Source of the DNA: Iphione sp. A-MEVVRFRX5
Lineage: Eukaryota
NCBI GenBank assembly: GCA_976226885.1
Contig: OZ320315.1
Span: forward strand, 97,402,001 to 97,466,000
DNA: 64,000 nucleotides
Direction: 5' to 3'
Positions 11,151 through 22,199 of this stretch are shown here, in pieces. The first letter of the stretch is position 1. Every line of letters begins with the position of its first letter. A program made the position numbers and the translations under genes. The notes below the pieces were generated by a model. That model was not told where the DNA came from. It did no database searches and saw only the letters and a list, made by a program, of their open reading frames with translations.

Positions 11151-11704
11151 CCGGAATGTGTGTGTTAGTATGTTTGTGAGTGGCCTCATCTTCTGTTGGG
11201 GTGCATGGATCTGTCTTTGGGTTTGGATCGATTTAGATCTCCAGTTCAGCTACTCTGGCAGTCATTTCATTTAGTGTCCTGATTAGTGTTATGTTGTCAG
11301 TTAGTAGCTGTTTGATTAGGCAGTCTTGTTTGGAGATAGCTTTATCAGTCATGGTTCTGATTTTTTCCATCTGTTGTAAGATATGGATTTCATTGTCCAG
11401 AATGACTGATGGTATATTATTGAGATCTGAGTCATGGCTATTACCTTCAATACGTCGTTGCCCCGTGCAGTGCTCCTTGTCTTGGCTACCGTTCATGTTG
11501 GCACTGACGCCAGTCAGTGTGGGTGATAATTGGTGCCCACGCTCGTACTTCACGCGTAACGGTTGGTTTTTGAATTGTCTCAATTTACTATAGTATCTCC
11601 ACAACCTATCCCTATGTCATAATCAACATACAGTGTAATTGATGCCTCACCATTAAGGAACCGCAGCCTTCCAAATGTTATTCAGAGCCATCTTATGCTT
11701 TCAT

Positions 11705-11850
11705 TTAAGAACACACTTCACCTTTCTCCTAAATTCTTTTCGATCACATCCAGATAAGGAAGCTGGTAAGTGATTCCAATCCTTCGACCCCACATTTACA
11801 AAACTACTGGATACTGGATACTCGGTTTGGTTACCTTGATTTCTGATCAT
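11705..11850 (-). pseudogene. LINE ORF2 extreme C-terminus remnant
   Basis: SSFVNVGSKDWNHLPASLSGCDRKEFRRKVK-stop is a typical WNxLP LINE terminus. Confidence 0.55.
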
Positions 11851-12097
11851 GATGCCAACCCGGTTTTCCTACCTTTCTGTGCTACAAAAAGCCAAGCACA
11901 GTAAATCATTAATAAGCAGTAATTGTAAGTACCGGAGATGCATATTGTTGTCATCGCTCAACAAATAAGAGAACTAACTAACTAAATAGGTTGGGTTACT
12001 ACTCAGTGTATTTCTTTTTCATCACACTGGAAACGTACAGCAGTCTTTCTGACGTTGTTTTGTTTGAATCATACATACTTTTCGCAACATAACCCGA

Positions 12098-12434
12098 AAA
12101 TATCAGTAATCACATGAAATAACCATGAAAATAACAGAGAAAATGCTTGAACTTGGGCCCCGTCAGTAGGCCTCTTTATCATCATCTTAAAACTAACTCC
12201 CACACCCAACTGGTGTTGGAGGTGTTGTTGGGAGGGAGGTGGCAAACTTTCACTCTGGTGACCTCGCTGCTTCTGACGTACAGTGGTGTGGGGAGCCCTA
12301 AATAGCCACTATGATACAATAACCTGCTACTAGAGGGCCCCAGTAGCCAACCTATTGTCGCCATCACTCAACAAATATCAGTTATCACATGAAATAACCA
12401 GGAAAATAACAGAGAAAACACTTGATCTTGGGCC
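12098..12434 (-). repeat. Split direct repeats (B1-A2-B2-like 3' end of a Ngaro/PAT element)
   Basis: 62-nt repeat at 12098-12159 and 12373-12434 (about 5 mismatches), starting 20 nt after the YR stop codon. Confidence 0.75.
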
Positions 12435-12454
12435 AGCCATTCAAGTTCAAGAAG

Positions 12455-13789
12455 TTACGAGGCTTCTGCCATGAATCTCCTATGGGCTGCCTTCTTTGAA
12501 CTTAATTCTTGTGAAGTATAAACTAGAGTGGAGGGGGTAGCTACCCATGTACCCTGAGCTTTGATCTCCTCCAGGGTAGCCCCTATTTGCTGGAGGTGGG
12601 TAGCCCCCCCTCTCCTAAAACTATGTAGCGAATACATTTTTGGCTGGAGGCCCAGGGATGAGATCACGACCTTTAAAACTGAAGCAATAGTTTCGACCTG
12701 GAATGGTCTTTTTAACATCGGGTCGCGAAACAGAAGCTGAGGGTCCTCTGTTGTTGGTTCCGAACGGATCATGGCTTCTAGGAGGGCAGTTGGACAGTAC
12801 ATGGGGTTAGTCAAACGCAATTGGAAAATGGTTCTTTTAGTGTTAGTCGATATAGTCTTTGACCACTGAATGAGAACTGCTGTGTGATTCTCTGAAATAG
12901 TAATATCCTGGCGAGTAAGTTGTTTTGCGCAATCGTATTCCAAGAATCTTTTGACAAATACATTAGACTGTCTCAGCAAAGAGTGGTGGAGAAAACAGAA
13001 GATAGCCTTTAAGACCGTTGCTAAAGGGCCTAAGGCCTGACAATAGTCTATCATTAGTTTAAGCTGGTCGTACGTGACTGGGAGCTTTCGTAGGATCTGG
13101 TGGGTTGATGTCTTTCTGGCAACACTCAAGGGACTCCAGTTTTTCAATAAGGGTACAATTCTAGCTAATTTCCAACCGTCAGGAAAAACTGACTTATTCA
13201 CCATTGTTGTAAATCGGTCCAACATAATCATCAGGGTATCTTTTAACACAGCAGCAGTTATACCATCCAAACCAGATGGTTCAGTTTCAAATTCCACCAG
13301 GTTTCGGTCACAGTCAAAATCTTCCACTGTCTTGTTTACTTTTGCCCCATTTCCCAGCTTTTCAATGCTCTCAACAAGCCACCATGGCCCCTGCTCTTGC
13401 TCTGCCCTCTCCGGGAGTTTTTTGACCCCCCCTGATGAAGCAGCAGTGACTGGCTTCCTCTCTCTCTCTAATTGGCCCACTAAGGCCAAGTTCTCCTTCA
13501 CCTGCTTCACCTTCCCGAGGAGATCATCTCCAAACAGGAAGCGCGGTGAAGGAGGACAATCCTGGGACACCAGCCTTTTAAAAGCAGGAGGCAAGGATGG
13601 CTTGACCTCTTCCCTCCAGTGCTTAATTAAAGCCTGGTGTGCAGATCTGGCCAACACCAAAGCATCCACGAGTGCATCCTGTGCAGCCTTGGCCCAGGTG
13701 TAATGTTCCGCCATAGAAGCCACCTGTTCCAGAGCCCTGCACCTGGCAATCATTGCACCAATAACGTTGCCTCCAATACGCTGAAGCAT
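12455..13789 (-). CDS. 444-aa chimeric ORF: DIRS gag C-terminus + LINE RT fragment + Ngaro/PAT tyrosine recombinase catalytic domain
   Basis: aa 1-137 gag (FLFGDDLLGKVKQ). aa 138-217 LINE (VESIEKL, PSGLDGI, FPDGWKLARIVPLLK). aa 222-444 YR with R (LLRQSN), K (WSKT), HSFRR, GTW and Y intact. Confidence 0.75.
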   Translation of the reverse strand: MLQRIGGNVIGAMIARCRALEQVASMAEHYTWAKAAQDALVDALVLARSAHQALIKHWREEVKPSLPPAFKRLVSQDCPPSPRFLFGDDLLGKVKQVKENLALVGQLERERKPVTAASSGGVKKLPERAEQEQGPWWLVESIEKLGNGAKVNKTVEDFDCDRNLVEFETEPSGLDGITAAVLKDTLMIMLDRFTTMVNKSVFPDGWKLARIVPLLKNWSPLSVARKTSTHQILRKLPVTYDQLKLMIDYCQALGPLATVLKAIFCFLHHSLLRQSNVFVKRFLEYDCAKQLTRQDITISENHTAVLIQWSKTISTNTKRTIFQLRLTNPMYCPTALLEAMIRSEPTTEDPQLLFRDPMLKRPFQVETIASVLKVVISSLGLQPKMYSLHSFRRGGATHLQQIGATLEEIKAQGTWVATPSTLVYTSQELSSKKAAHRRFMAEAS

Positions 13790-14470
13790 ACACTCTCCTC
13801 AAAAAGTATCTCATTTAGCCTGCACACCTGGAAGTGCTCCTCTCCCTCTGGCCTCAAATGCCTTTTCATGATATCCGACAGGTAATCCGGCCTGAGAGGG
13901 TCCAACAACTTCACCAAGCAATGAAAGATCACCGGCTGAAGTGATGGCGCCAAATCAGGCCGAGCCCCCAATCAACTCAGTCCTGGAGCGGAGCTACCCT
14001 GAACCGTCATCCGGGTCTTGCTCCTCTTCCACCTCCTCTTCATCCTCATCCCAGTCCTCCTCCTCATCCCAGTCCTCCTCCTCAGAATCAGAATGCTGCT
14101 GCTGCTGCCAGTGCTGCTGCTGCTGTTGCAGCAATGAACTCAACAGCTGAGTAGTGTGCTCCTGCTGCCATCTCTGTTGGGACTCCAGCACCACCTCCAG
14201 GTGTGCCTGAGATGATGCCATCATGGCCCAATGGTCAGGAACAGCAGCAGGCACAACAGCTGGCAGAGCTGGTGGTACAGCAGGTAGCGCAGGTGGTGTG
14301 CACCCTACTGACACTGCAAGAACAGACTGCTGCCCGACTACTGTAGCTGGCAGAGTGGAAGAGGATGATTCCACCCTCGGGGCTGGCACCGATCCCATCA
14401 AACCTGTAAAGGTTTGGTAAACGGAAGTCTGGGGTGGAGGCTGCATGCCATGCCCGTCCACATAGTGACC
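13400..14470 (-). pseudogene. DIRS-type gag-like region with Q/E/D repeat tracts (paralog of 4585-5330)
   Basis: WAMMASSQAHL...QQEHTTQLLSSLLQQQQ..EEDWDEEED and VKLLDPLRPDYLSD..HFQVCRLNEILF match the 4.6-5.3 kb copy. Confidence 0.7.
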
Positions 14471-14479
14471 CCACGCAAA

Positions 14480-15150
14480 CCCGCAACTGTGATTCTCCCA
14501 GAGAGTTACTATCCGACTTTCTGTGAAACAGGCAAAAATCGGTAAGTGATCACTAAATCTTTCACTGACGTTTAGGAGTGATCTTTGCAACTACCTCTTT
14601 CATGCGTTGACGATTTAATGATCTGCCAAAAGCCATAACTGTTCGCCCAATAGTCACAATCTCTCTGCGGACCTGTCCAGTCAAGCCAATTCACATTAAA
14701 ATCACCAATCACGCTCACATCCTTCTGCCTCATTAACAGATTGTCCAGTATATCTAGAAATTCCATGACCCTACATGTGGTGATTGATAAGCAACCCCCC
14801 TGGTTTGCAGGTCACGGTATTCCCCCCAGTGGTCCAGAGTAACAATATTCAGTGATCACCTCAGTGAGATACTCCTGTCTGACATAGAGGGCAACACCTC
14901 CACCAGTCTTTTTTGCAGTCTTCGTCAAGTCCCTATTAAGTCAAAGATGTTCATAGCCCGGTAGTTCCATTATCCCTAAAGGCAATCCCTCCTTTAACCA
15001 TGTCTCAGTTACACCAAAGATATCAAAACTCTCGTGCCCTAACATTATTTCTAATTCGCCTAGCTTCCCTAACAAGCTACGACAGTTCCAGCGAGCTTTA
15101 ATCCAAAGGAAAAGAAAAGAAAACGATGCCATGATGTTATCCTTAAGCAC
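14480..15150 (-). pseudogene. LINE APE endonuclease relic
   Basis: WNCRSL, FGVTETWLK, LPGY, GGGVALYV, VIGDFNVNW, SDHLPI. Confidence 0.85.
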
Positions 15151-15504
15151 TTATGACAAGTTCATGTACAACTTTCTTGTGTACAGTCGGGTAGAATTCT
15201 CCATACAACCGACCTGCATTGCGGGTAACGGTCTAGTTACCAAGTTCATTTTCCTAACTGAATTATTAATCACTTCGTACAGATCAATTGTGGCTCTCAA
15301 AGGACTGTACACTTCCACATACACTTCTGAAACTGGGGCAAAGCCTATCCGTGCCTCTTCCTGTCCTTTCAACTTACAGGAAGAGGCATTGCACTGTGGA
15401 CATGGGACTTTAATGACCTCACTTTCATTAGGGGTAGCAAGTAAGACCCGGAAGCGTTCATACCTGATAGTGTCCTGCCATCTTACCTGATTTTGGTCTA
15501 CCAT
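15151..15504 (-). CDS. ORF abutting the APE start, possibly the C-half of an SGNH-like middle ORF
   Basis: RIGFAPV...VINNSVRKMN parallels TVVFLPI...LLNGLVETMN of copy 2. Its stop lies 18 nt before the APE Met. Confidence 0.3.
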   Translation of the reverse strand: MVDQNQVRWQDTIRYERFRVLLATPNESEVIKVPCPQCNASSCKLKGQEEARIGFAPVSEVYVEVYSPLRATIDLYEVINNSVRKMNLVTRPLPAMQVGCMENSTRLYTRKLYMNLS

Positions 15505-15776
15505 GCCAAATATGAGATTGGACCAATGCCATAAGGCCTGTCGTGTGGTGCTACAGCTTTCTCATCCCTTAGCATTGCTAAGAATGCAGAGATATACTCA
15601 TGATAGGACATATGGTCCCTATGTTTGTTTCTTTGTTTAGGTGTAGAGCATCCTCGTTTAGGTGTAGAGCATCCTTGTTTGTCTAAATGCATGTGAGGTC
15701 TTGCTATCAGTTGCCTGATACGAATATCAATATTACCTCTATTGTCCTGTGCATTGGATAGCCAAGGAGCCGTCAC
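15498..15776 (-). pseudogene. Ngaro/PAT gag fragment
   Basis: HMSYHEYISAFLAMLRDE resembles MTLSQYIAGLANMIRE at 57.9 kb. Contains a 21-nt duplication (GCSTPK x2). Confidence 0.45.
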
Positions 15777-16849
15777 GTTGAGGTATGTATCGATATAATG
15801 TTGGACGGCTGATCCCCTCTGTAGTTCTGCTGATGTGGGTACGTGGACAGTTCATGGTGTGTATGTGGCCTGGCCTGGGGCACTAGCAAAAGGAGGCAAA
15901 TGGTGAGGATTAACAGAGACATGATTATGACAAGAAAAACCTGGCTGGTGCTAGGGGAGATGCATAGTGTTGTTAGGCAAAATACCCTGTTGTCCCGGCG
16001 GGACACGAGCATTTAGTAGACTGCTTGTCAACGGGTTGTGTGCGCTGTCCTGAATAGACAACTGAACTGCTTGGGGTTCAGTAGAGCCTTGTTCTTGGGT
16101 CCCTGCATTCATTGTCTGCTGGGCAGATGTTGTATGCATGGCCTGTAGCGTGTCCACCGGTGTTGTTCCCGCCGAGGTAGTCTGACTCGTCTTACCAGTC
16201 GTCGCCGGCACGTGTTGGGGTATGGTCGGCTGGTTAGAACAGAATGGCATGGTTTGCCCTGCATTGAGGGTTTATATACTAATCTATTACATAAGGCCTG
16301 CACATAAGACCTGTACACGATCACCTCATAATGATTCGCCCTCCCTCGATGCCGTCACCATGTGGATACTTAGTTTACCCTGACAGACAAAGTCAGGCCT
16401 TACAAACATAGTGAGTAAATGATTGACGCCAGAAATACTTACTTTTTATCAGCATTGAATGTCATCGTACCATACAATCCCACACCGAATGATCTCAACT
16501 GATTGCAGATTGTCCCCGACGTCCATTAGAACTTTGCCACACAGATTGTTAGCCGGGCAATCTTCATTGTCTAGACGTTTTTCACAAAAGGAAAGTCCTG
16601 CCCCAAATATTATATTGCGCGTCGCTTTGACCTGTTCAAAGTAAAAGGTCTCTCACACTATTGTTCTGAGTTACCTTAGCAACAAGACCTTCTCGTACTA
16701 ACTTCTCTGCCTTCATTTTCCAGTCCTGAGACTTGTTTACCTGCTTCCCAAGAGATTTTGCATGAAAAGGATTTATCTCCCAATTAATGTGGTCGCCTAG
16801 GTCGTGGTCACCACTATCACGAGCACTCTCAGACTGTACATAGTGGTCC

Positions 16850-17005
16850 CCCAAGTCCAGATGCCAAGTGTTTGTGCTCTGGCAGCAGATAAGGTTTCAC
16901 ATCCTCTCTGCGGTATTTGTTGACATGTGAATTAACCAAAGCAATGATAAAGGCAAGATCAGTGAGCATTTTCCCTAGATCATTTACCCAATAGCCTTGA
17001 TCTGA
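16850..17005 (-). pseudogene. DIRS1 gag fragment
   Basis: DLAFIIALVNSHVNKYRREDVKPYLLPEHKHL matches the DIRS gag RRE.xKP.L motif. Confidence 0.5.
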
Positions 17006-17096
17006 ATGTTCATGTAATAATAATAATAATAATAATTTTATTGTCTCAAAAGTTCTTCTCATAGAAGATATTCATGATGGGACATTATACATTCAT

Positions 17097-19870
17097 TCAA
17101 TGTGTTACACGTAGGGTTCGGTAGAGTTCCTTCATACTTTTACAGTTACGTACATCAACTGGTAGTGAATTCCACCAGTGGTAACCAATTTCAAACAAAG
17201 ATTTGCGAATAATTCTGGCTTTTGAGTGATACATTTGAATTCTCATGTTTCTGCCAGCCCTCGTATTGGTTCTCTTATTAAGAGGTATCATGCCTTTTAA
17301 TACCAACATATGTACAAGTTTTATAGTGATGGATTTGATTCTTATGTCAAAATCATCGATTAGTCCTTTGTAGACAGGATTTTGGCAGTTACTATTTAGT
17401 TTTTTGCAAAGTATCATACGTGCACATCTGTTGTAGGCTCGTTTTACCTTATTGATGATGTTTTTGTTCATACCACAGATGAAGGGGGCGATATAGTCCA
17501 CAAATGGGTATATGAACAGTTTAAATAGTGTTACTCTAATTTCAAGGGGAAGGTATTTTTTCATTTTACATATGGTATACGAGGAATTCCACATACAACG
17601 TATAGCATTATTACATGTCTCTTTCCAATTTAGTTTTTCATTTACCACATATCCTAGTATTTTTAGATTGCTACAATGATTCAGTTTGCAGTGTTTTGTG
17701 AATTCTTCAGTGAATGTTGTACTATGGTTCCCTATAGTACAAAACAAGTTTTTTTCATTATTTACAATCAAATTGTGGCTTTTGCACCAAGCTGTCGAGT
17801 AATTATAAGCCATTTCTACATTTTTGAGTAGATCATGTGGGTCTGCACCTTTAACCACAAAAGTGATATCATCCGCATACAATGTTATTTTCATGTTTGG
17901 AATATTATCGGCAATACCATTTGTGTAGATCGCAAAACCAAGAGGGCCAAAGGTGCTGCCCTGTGGAATACCTGTATCCCGAGGTAACAATTTGGAATCA
18001 TAATTGTTTATCCTGACATATTGGTACCTATTAGCGAAATAATTTTTAATTAAGTCAATCATTGATTTATCCATACCTTCTGCATTCAGAATTTTTACAA
18101 TTAGCTCCTGGTTGAGGACATCGAACGCTTTGGTTAGGTCTAGGGCTACCACAGCCACCAAGTAACCATCATTAATATAATCCATACAGTTACGTAGTAT
18201 ATTTGCCATGGCTGTTTTTGTCGATCTGCCAGGTATGAACCCATGTTGATATGGTGACCAGAATTCTGTCTCAAACAACTGTGATATTAATTTTTGACAA
18301 AAATTTTTTTCAAATATTTTACCAGGTAACGGTAGATTACTTATGGGTCTATAACTCATGATAACATCTTTTTTCCCTCTTTTATGAATCGGTACTATTC
18401 TGGCAATTTTCCAGGTATCAACATATTCACCTGTTCGTAAGATAGTATTATACAATAATGTTAAAGGGTACAAAGATATTTTGAATGCATCTTTGAGGAT
18501 TTTGCTGTTCAAACCAGTTATGTTACTAGATTTGTTAATATCGATATTACTCACCACCTTCATTACCTCTGTTGGGGTGAATCCATGTATTTGGACATTG
18601 CCAACTCCTCGCCTCATTGGATGTACCTGTAGTTCTGGCATGTTAGTTGTGATATCTTTTATTATATTAGTAAAGTAAGTATTAAAGGTATCAGGTACTT
18701 CATTATCCGCAACCGGCTTACCATCTACCATGAGTGTGATCTTCTCATCACGACTTTTGCCTCCAATAAGTCGATGCAATACCTGCCATAATTTCTTTGG
18801 ATTCTTTTTCGAACTAAGTATTTGATTGTGGAAGTGGTTCTCATATAGTTTGTATAGTTCATTTTTAACCTTATTGTCAAGGAACCTGTAGATATTTTTA
18901 TCATCTTCCAGGTGAAATTTTTATATTTACGTAAGAAGTACCTGCGATCTTTAATTAATTCTGACAGATAACAATTGATTTTTACAATTCTCCTAGAGCA
19001 AGATTTTGCACGCTTACGTGCTGCTGTACTGAGCTGCCCAACACATTTCCTGATTATTTCTAATATATTATCCCATAATTGATTTGGGCCTTGGTCGTAG
19101 TTGATTTTGTCTAGTTCAGGTAACATTATGTTTTGAGTTTCTCATAGCTGTAGTCCGAAAATAAAATATTGGATTTTGATTCACATAGTGGATTTTTGTA
19201 TTTTACCCCAGTCTTATAAGTTTATTTCACTCCTAGGTGATCACTATAGGATGTACTCGTAATCGCGGCACCATGTAGAGAGTAATGATTGGCAAATATC
19301 AAATCATTTATGGCCTCACCATTTACCATAGTGCTTGTGGTTATCAGTTGGGATAGATTAAAAGGCAGGAAAGTTTCAGTCAGAGATTTCGTGTTTGATT
19401 CATTAACACCCCAGTTAACATTGAAATCACCTATGATTATTATGCGTTCATGGTCAGACGGTCCCCATTTTTGTAGTAGGTCTTTGAATGCTGTAACGAA
19501 ATTACATACCAAGCCACTAGGTGGCCTATATAGTACAAGTACATTTATAGGTTTGCATTTGCTGTAGGTTAATTTGAAGGCAAGTAATTCAAAAAGGTCC
19601 CTATTAACGCATAGCTCAGGCAGCAGGATAGATTTACATATGTCTGTAATATATACCAATATGCCGCCACCAGTCCTTTTTTGAATAGAGTTCCTGTCTT
19701 GTCTTAGGATATGATATCCAGGTAGATGGAGGCACGTGTCGTCGATGTTGCACTTGAGCCATGTTTCAGTTAGACAAGTCACAGTATTCAAAGAGTCAAT
19801 AATGTCATCCTGGATAATTTTTAATTTTCGTATAATGCTTCTTACATTATAATGATGGATTGTCATTTTC
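17097..19870 (-). pseudogene. Copy 2 ORF2 APE-RT (CR1/L2-like), stops and frameshifts in the linker
   Basis: HYNVRS, LTETWL, IIGDFNVNW, SDH. A 560-aa open RT segment contains GIPQGSTFGP and LYADD. Confidence 0.95.
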
Positions 19871-19880
19871 ATCACGATAT

Positions 19881-20481
19881 TTAGTAAGCAAAACAATAGT
19901 TGTCCACCAAAAACCTTTCTAGCTCCTCTAGCCATTGGTCAGTTACGTATCCTGGTACATCTCCGAAGGGGCTTACTAGATCATCGTTGAACACAATATA
20001 GTTCCCAATTATTTGATTAATTGGAGAGCAGGTGTCTGGCGTGCTAAAGCCGTTGTTGTTGTTCATGGTCTCTACCAGTCCATTGAGAAGAGCAATATGA
20101 TAATTTAAATCTCTTTGGGTACGAGTGAAGGGGCCATCTATAGCCATCCCATGGATTGGTAGGAAAACTACGGTGTGACTGTAGGGTTTGAAGAGGCTAT
20201 GGACGATCGAGGTCATATCCTCCCATAGATCGTACTGTAGCGGAAGAGAGGTGGAATATCTAACTACAGGTTGGTCCCCTTCATATGCTATAAGATTATT
20301 AAAGCCCAAATAAATAAACGATACATCAACACCCAGTTGTGGTATATTGTTGAGATTATCCAAAACCGGCAGCAGGCATCACTATGCTTGTCCACTCAAA
20401 GCGGTCTCCAAATACATATTCGGCCAATCGCCCCAGCTCGTGTCCTTGGACATCGGTGATGAAATTCACTCTAGGTCCCAT
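19881..20481 (-). pseudogene. Copy 2 SGNH/GDSL-fold ORF, one frameshift near 20365
   Basis: MGPRVNFITDVQG...VSFIYLGFNN...ERFLVDNYCFAY. ATG at 20481. Confidence 0.7.
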
Positions 20482-20563
20482 CGTGTGACAGTCCTGATGA
20501 AAAGGTAGATAACATTGCATTCAGATGTTGTATAGTCGACTTCGTTGGGATGATATGTCACCA

Positions 20564-22129
20564 TTAATGTTTTGTGATAATTCCACCCCTGATCATGGTA
20601 AGCGCAAGCCCTACATAGTTACGACCAGTGTATGTGCCTGTGACCAGGCTATTGTCTTTCAAGCTACATGCACTACCATATGTACAATGTCGTGATACTT
20701 CAATCAGGGTCTTACCTCTCGTGAGCAGGAGTTGATCTCTTATGTCGTCTTGTTGGTGATTCCTAGCAGTTAGTATTGCACTGAGTGTATCAAGCTCTAT
20801 GCCTTCCCACTCTGTAGTGGTTTTCACTGCGTCTCCGATGCGTCTGGCCTCATATGGGTGGGGAGTGAGTACGATTTTTTCTGCTGCCAGAGTGTCATTG
20901 CACGTTTGAGCCTTGGTATACTGCAGCGCATGCTCTGCCGATTTAAAAATTTCTCCATTGTACTCAAGGGGGAGGGGGTATAGGGGGGACAGCTTACAGC
21001 TGGCACCCCGAAACGCAAGCAAGTCGTCTGTGTCAACTATATTCGCTGATTCCCATGTTAATCCCTCGGGTAGTTGGTCGAGTGTATTGGGGTTGTATGT
21101 AACACCGTCCACTCGTAGCGCCAACCCCGAGACTCCTGATTTTAATCCCTTTTGTCTTGCAAGCCCCGCTATGTCTTGTAGTTTCAAGTAGGTAGCTGAA
21201 GCGTTTTTCGGTATATCCTCTCTTATATATACAAACGAATATTCCTCAATATTTTTTAGCTTATGTCATTTTGAATAAATAGCGTTTCGTGCTTTTGTGG
21301 ATGTGAACTGAATTTTCACCAGTCTTTCTCTCCCTGGTAGGGCTTTTCCAAGTCTTTTTATGCCTAAGACGTTTACCTCAGTGATAGCGCTATCTATTGA
21401 GTTAATGATGTCATACACTGCCTCATTAAGATTATATTTATCACTGTCAGGTAATCCCTGTAGAATAAGGTTGTCTTTCCTGCTTAAAATTTCTTTCTGT
21501 AGTTCGTCATAGTCAGGGTGCTCGGATCTAACTGTGTTCTCAGTAGTAATATGGATAGTATTTTCGGTGAGTGGTGGTGCCGTGTTAGCTGATTCATGTT
21601 CCTCATCCATTGTACTATCTTGGTTAACAGGAGAATAGTGTTTGCCCATACTCATTTCAATTTCTGAGATACGGTCCATGGCTGTATTGAGTAGGTTCAT
21701 TAAGTCCCTATTATCCTCATGCAATTTTTTAATGATGGAGTTTTGAGCATTTACCAAATTCTCAGTATTCTCCTGTATTTTCTTCATTTGAATAAGGATA
21801 TATCTTTCATTGTCGAGCACAGTCCCTAATATCTCATCTTGTATACAGATGTGTGGTTTACCTTCACGGGGTTGACCTTCCGTGCGGGGTCCCTTAGGCA
21901 CAGGCCGGCGTCTCATGCTGCTCAGGTCCGTGTCAGCGGGCGATTTTACAGTAGGGCGCACGTAGTTCTCACTTGCCATATCACCGTTACGCTGTGGTAC
22001 ATCCAACGATACCGATTTGGCCCCCAATTTAACTGTTTCCTTTGGTTTTTCACTGTTTCCTTGCTTGTAACGTCTTGTTCTTCTTCTTTCCTCCAACTTT
22101 GTCGTTTTGCAGGTTTTGGTTAATGCCAT
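20564..22129 (-). pseudogene. Copy 2 ORF1 (521 codons, single in-frame TGA at 21266-21268): coil + RRM/CTD + NADAR
   Basis: The two ORF-track pieces are in the same frame (AIYSK*HKLKNIEEYSFVYIREDIP). NADAR about 21030-20567: SAEHALQYTKA, PYEARRIG, EWE, LLLTRGKTLIE, GRNYVGLALTMIR. Confidence 0.9.
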
Positions 22130-22199
22130 AATATCGACTTAACGGTACATTCTTAGGGAGCGCTCGACAGACACGTCTTAACACCATGACGACTTTCCA

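Larger units (their letters stand above)
6616..11604 (-). mobile_element. Three-ORF NADAR-LINE, copy 1 (decayed): ORF1(coil-RRM-NADAR) / SGNH-like ORF / APE-RT
   Basis: Collinear and homologous with 17015-22200 in all three ORFs. 3' end has AATAAA (6637-6642) plus an (AATC)5 tail (6616-6635). Confidence 0.9.
10069..11604 (-). pseudogene. Copy 1 ORF1: coiled coil + L1-type RRM/CTD + NADAR domain, disrupted
   Basis: Coil VILDNE..ILQQMEKI. RRM RRKNLIASGLPD...ERLVKVEF..ARNKIYSK..IYLREDVP. NADAR FRGPSCKLS..HP..GEEHRTAEHALQVTKA and, after a frameshift, KILDISNHNTYG...GRNYIGEALTIIR, stop at 10069-10071. Confidence 0.85.

Noticed and set aside
13074-13703. Long plus-strand ORFs (also 7153-7692, 40247-40774, 51562-52005, 62212-62709 and many shorter)
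   Set aside because: Antisense shadows of minus-strand coding or relic sequence, with no recognisable motifs.
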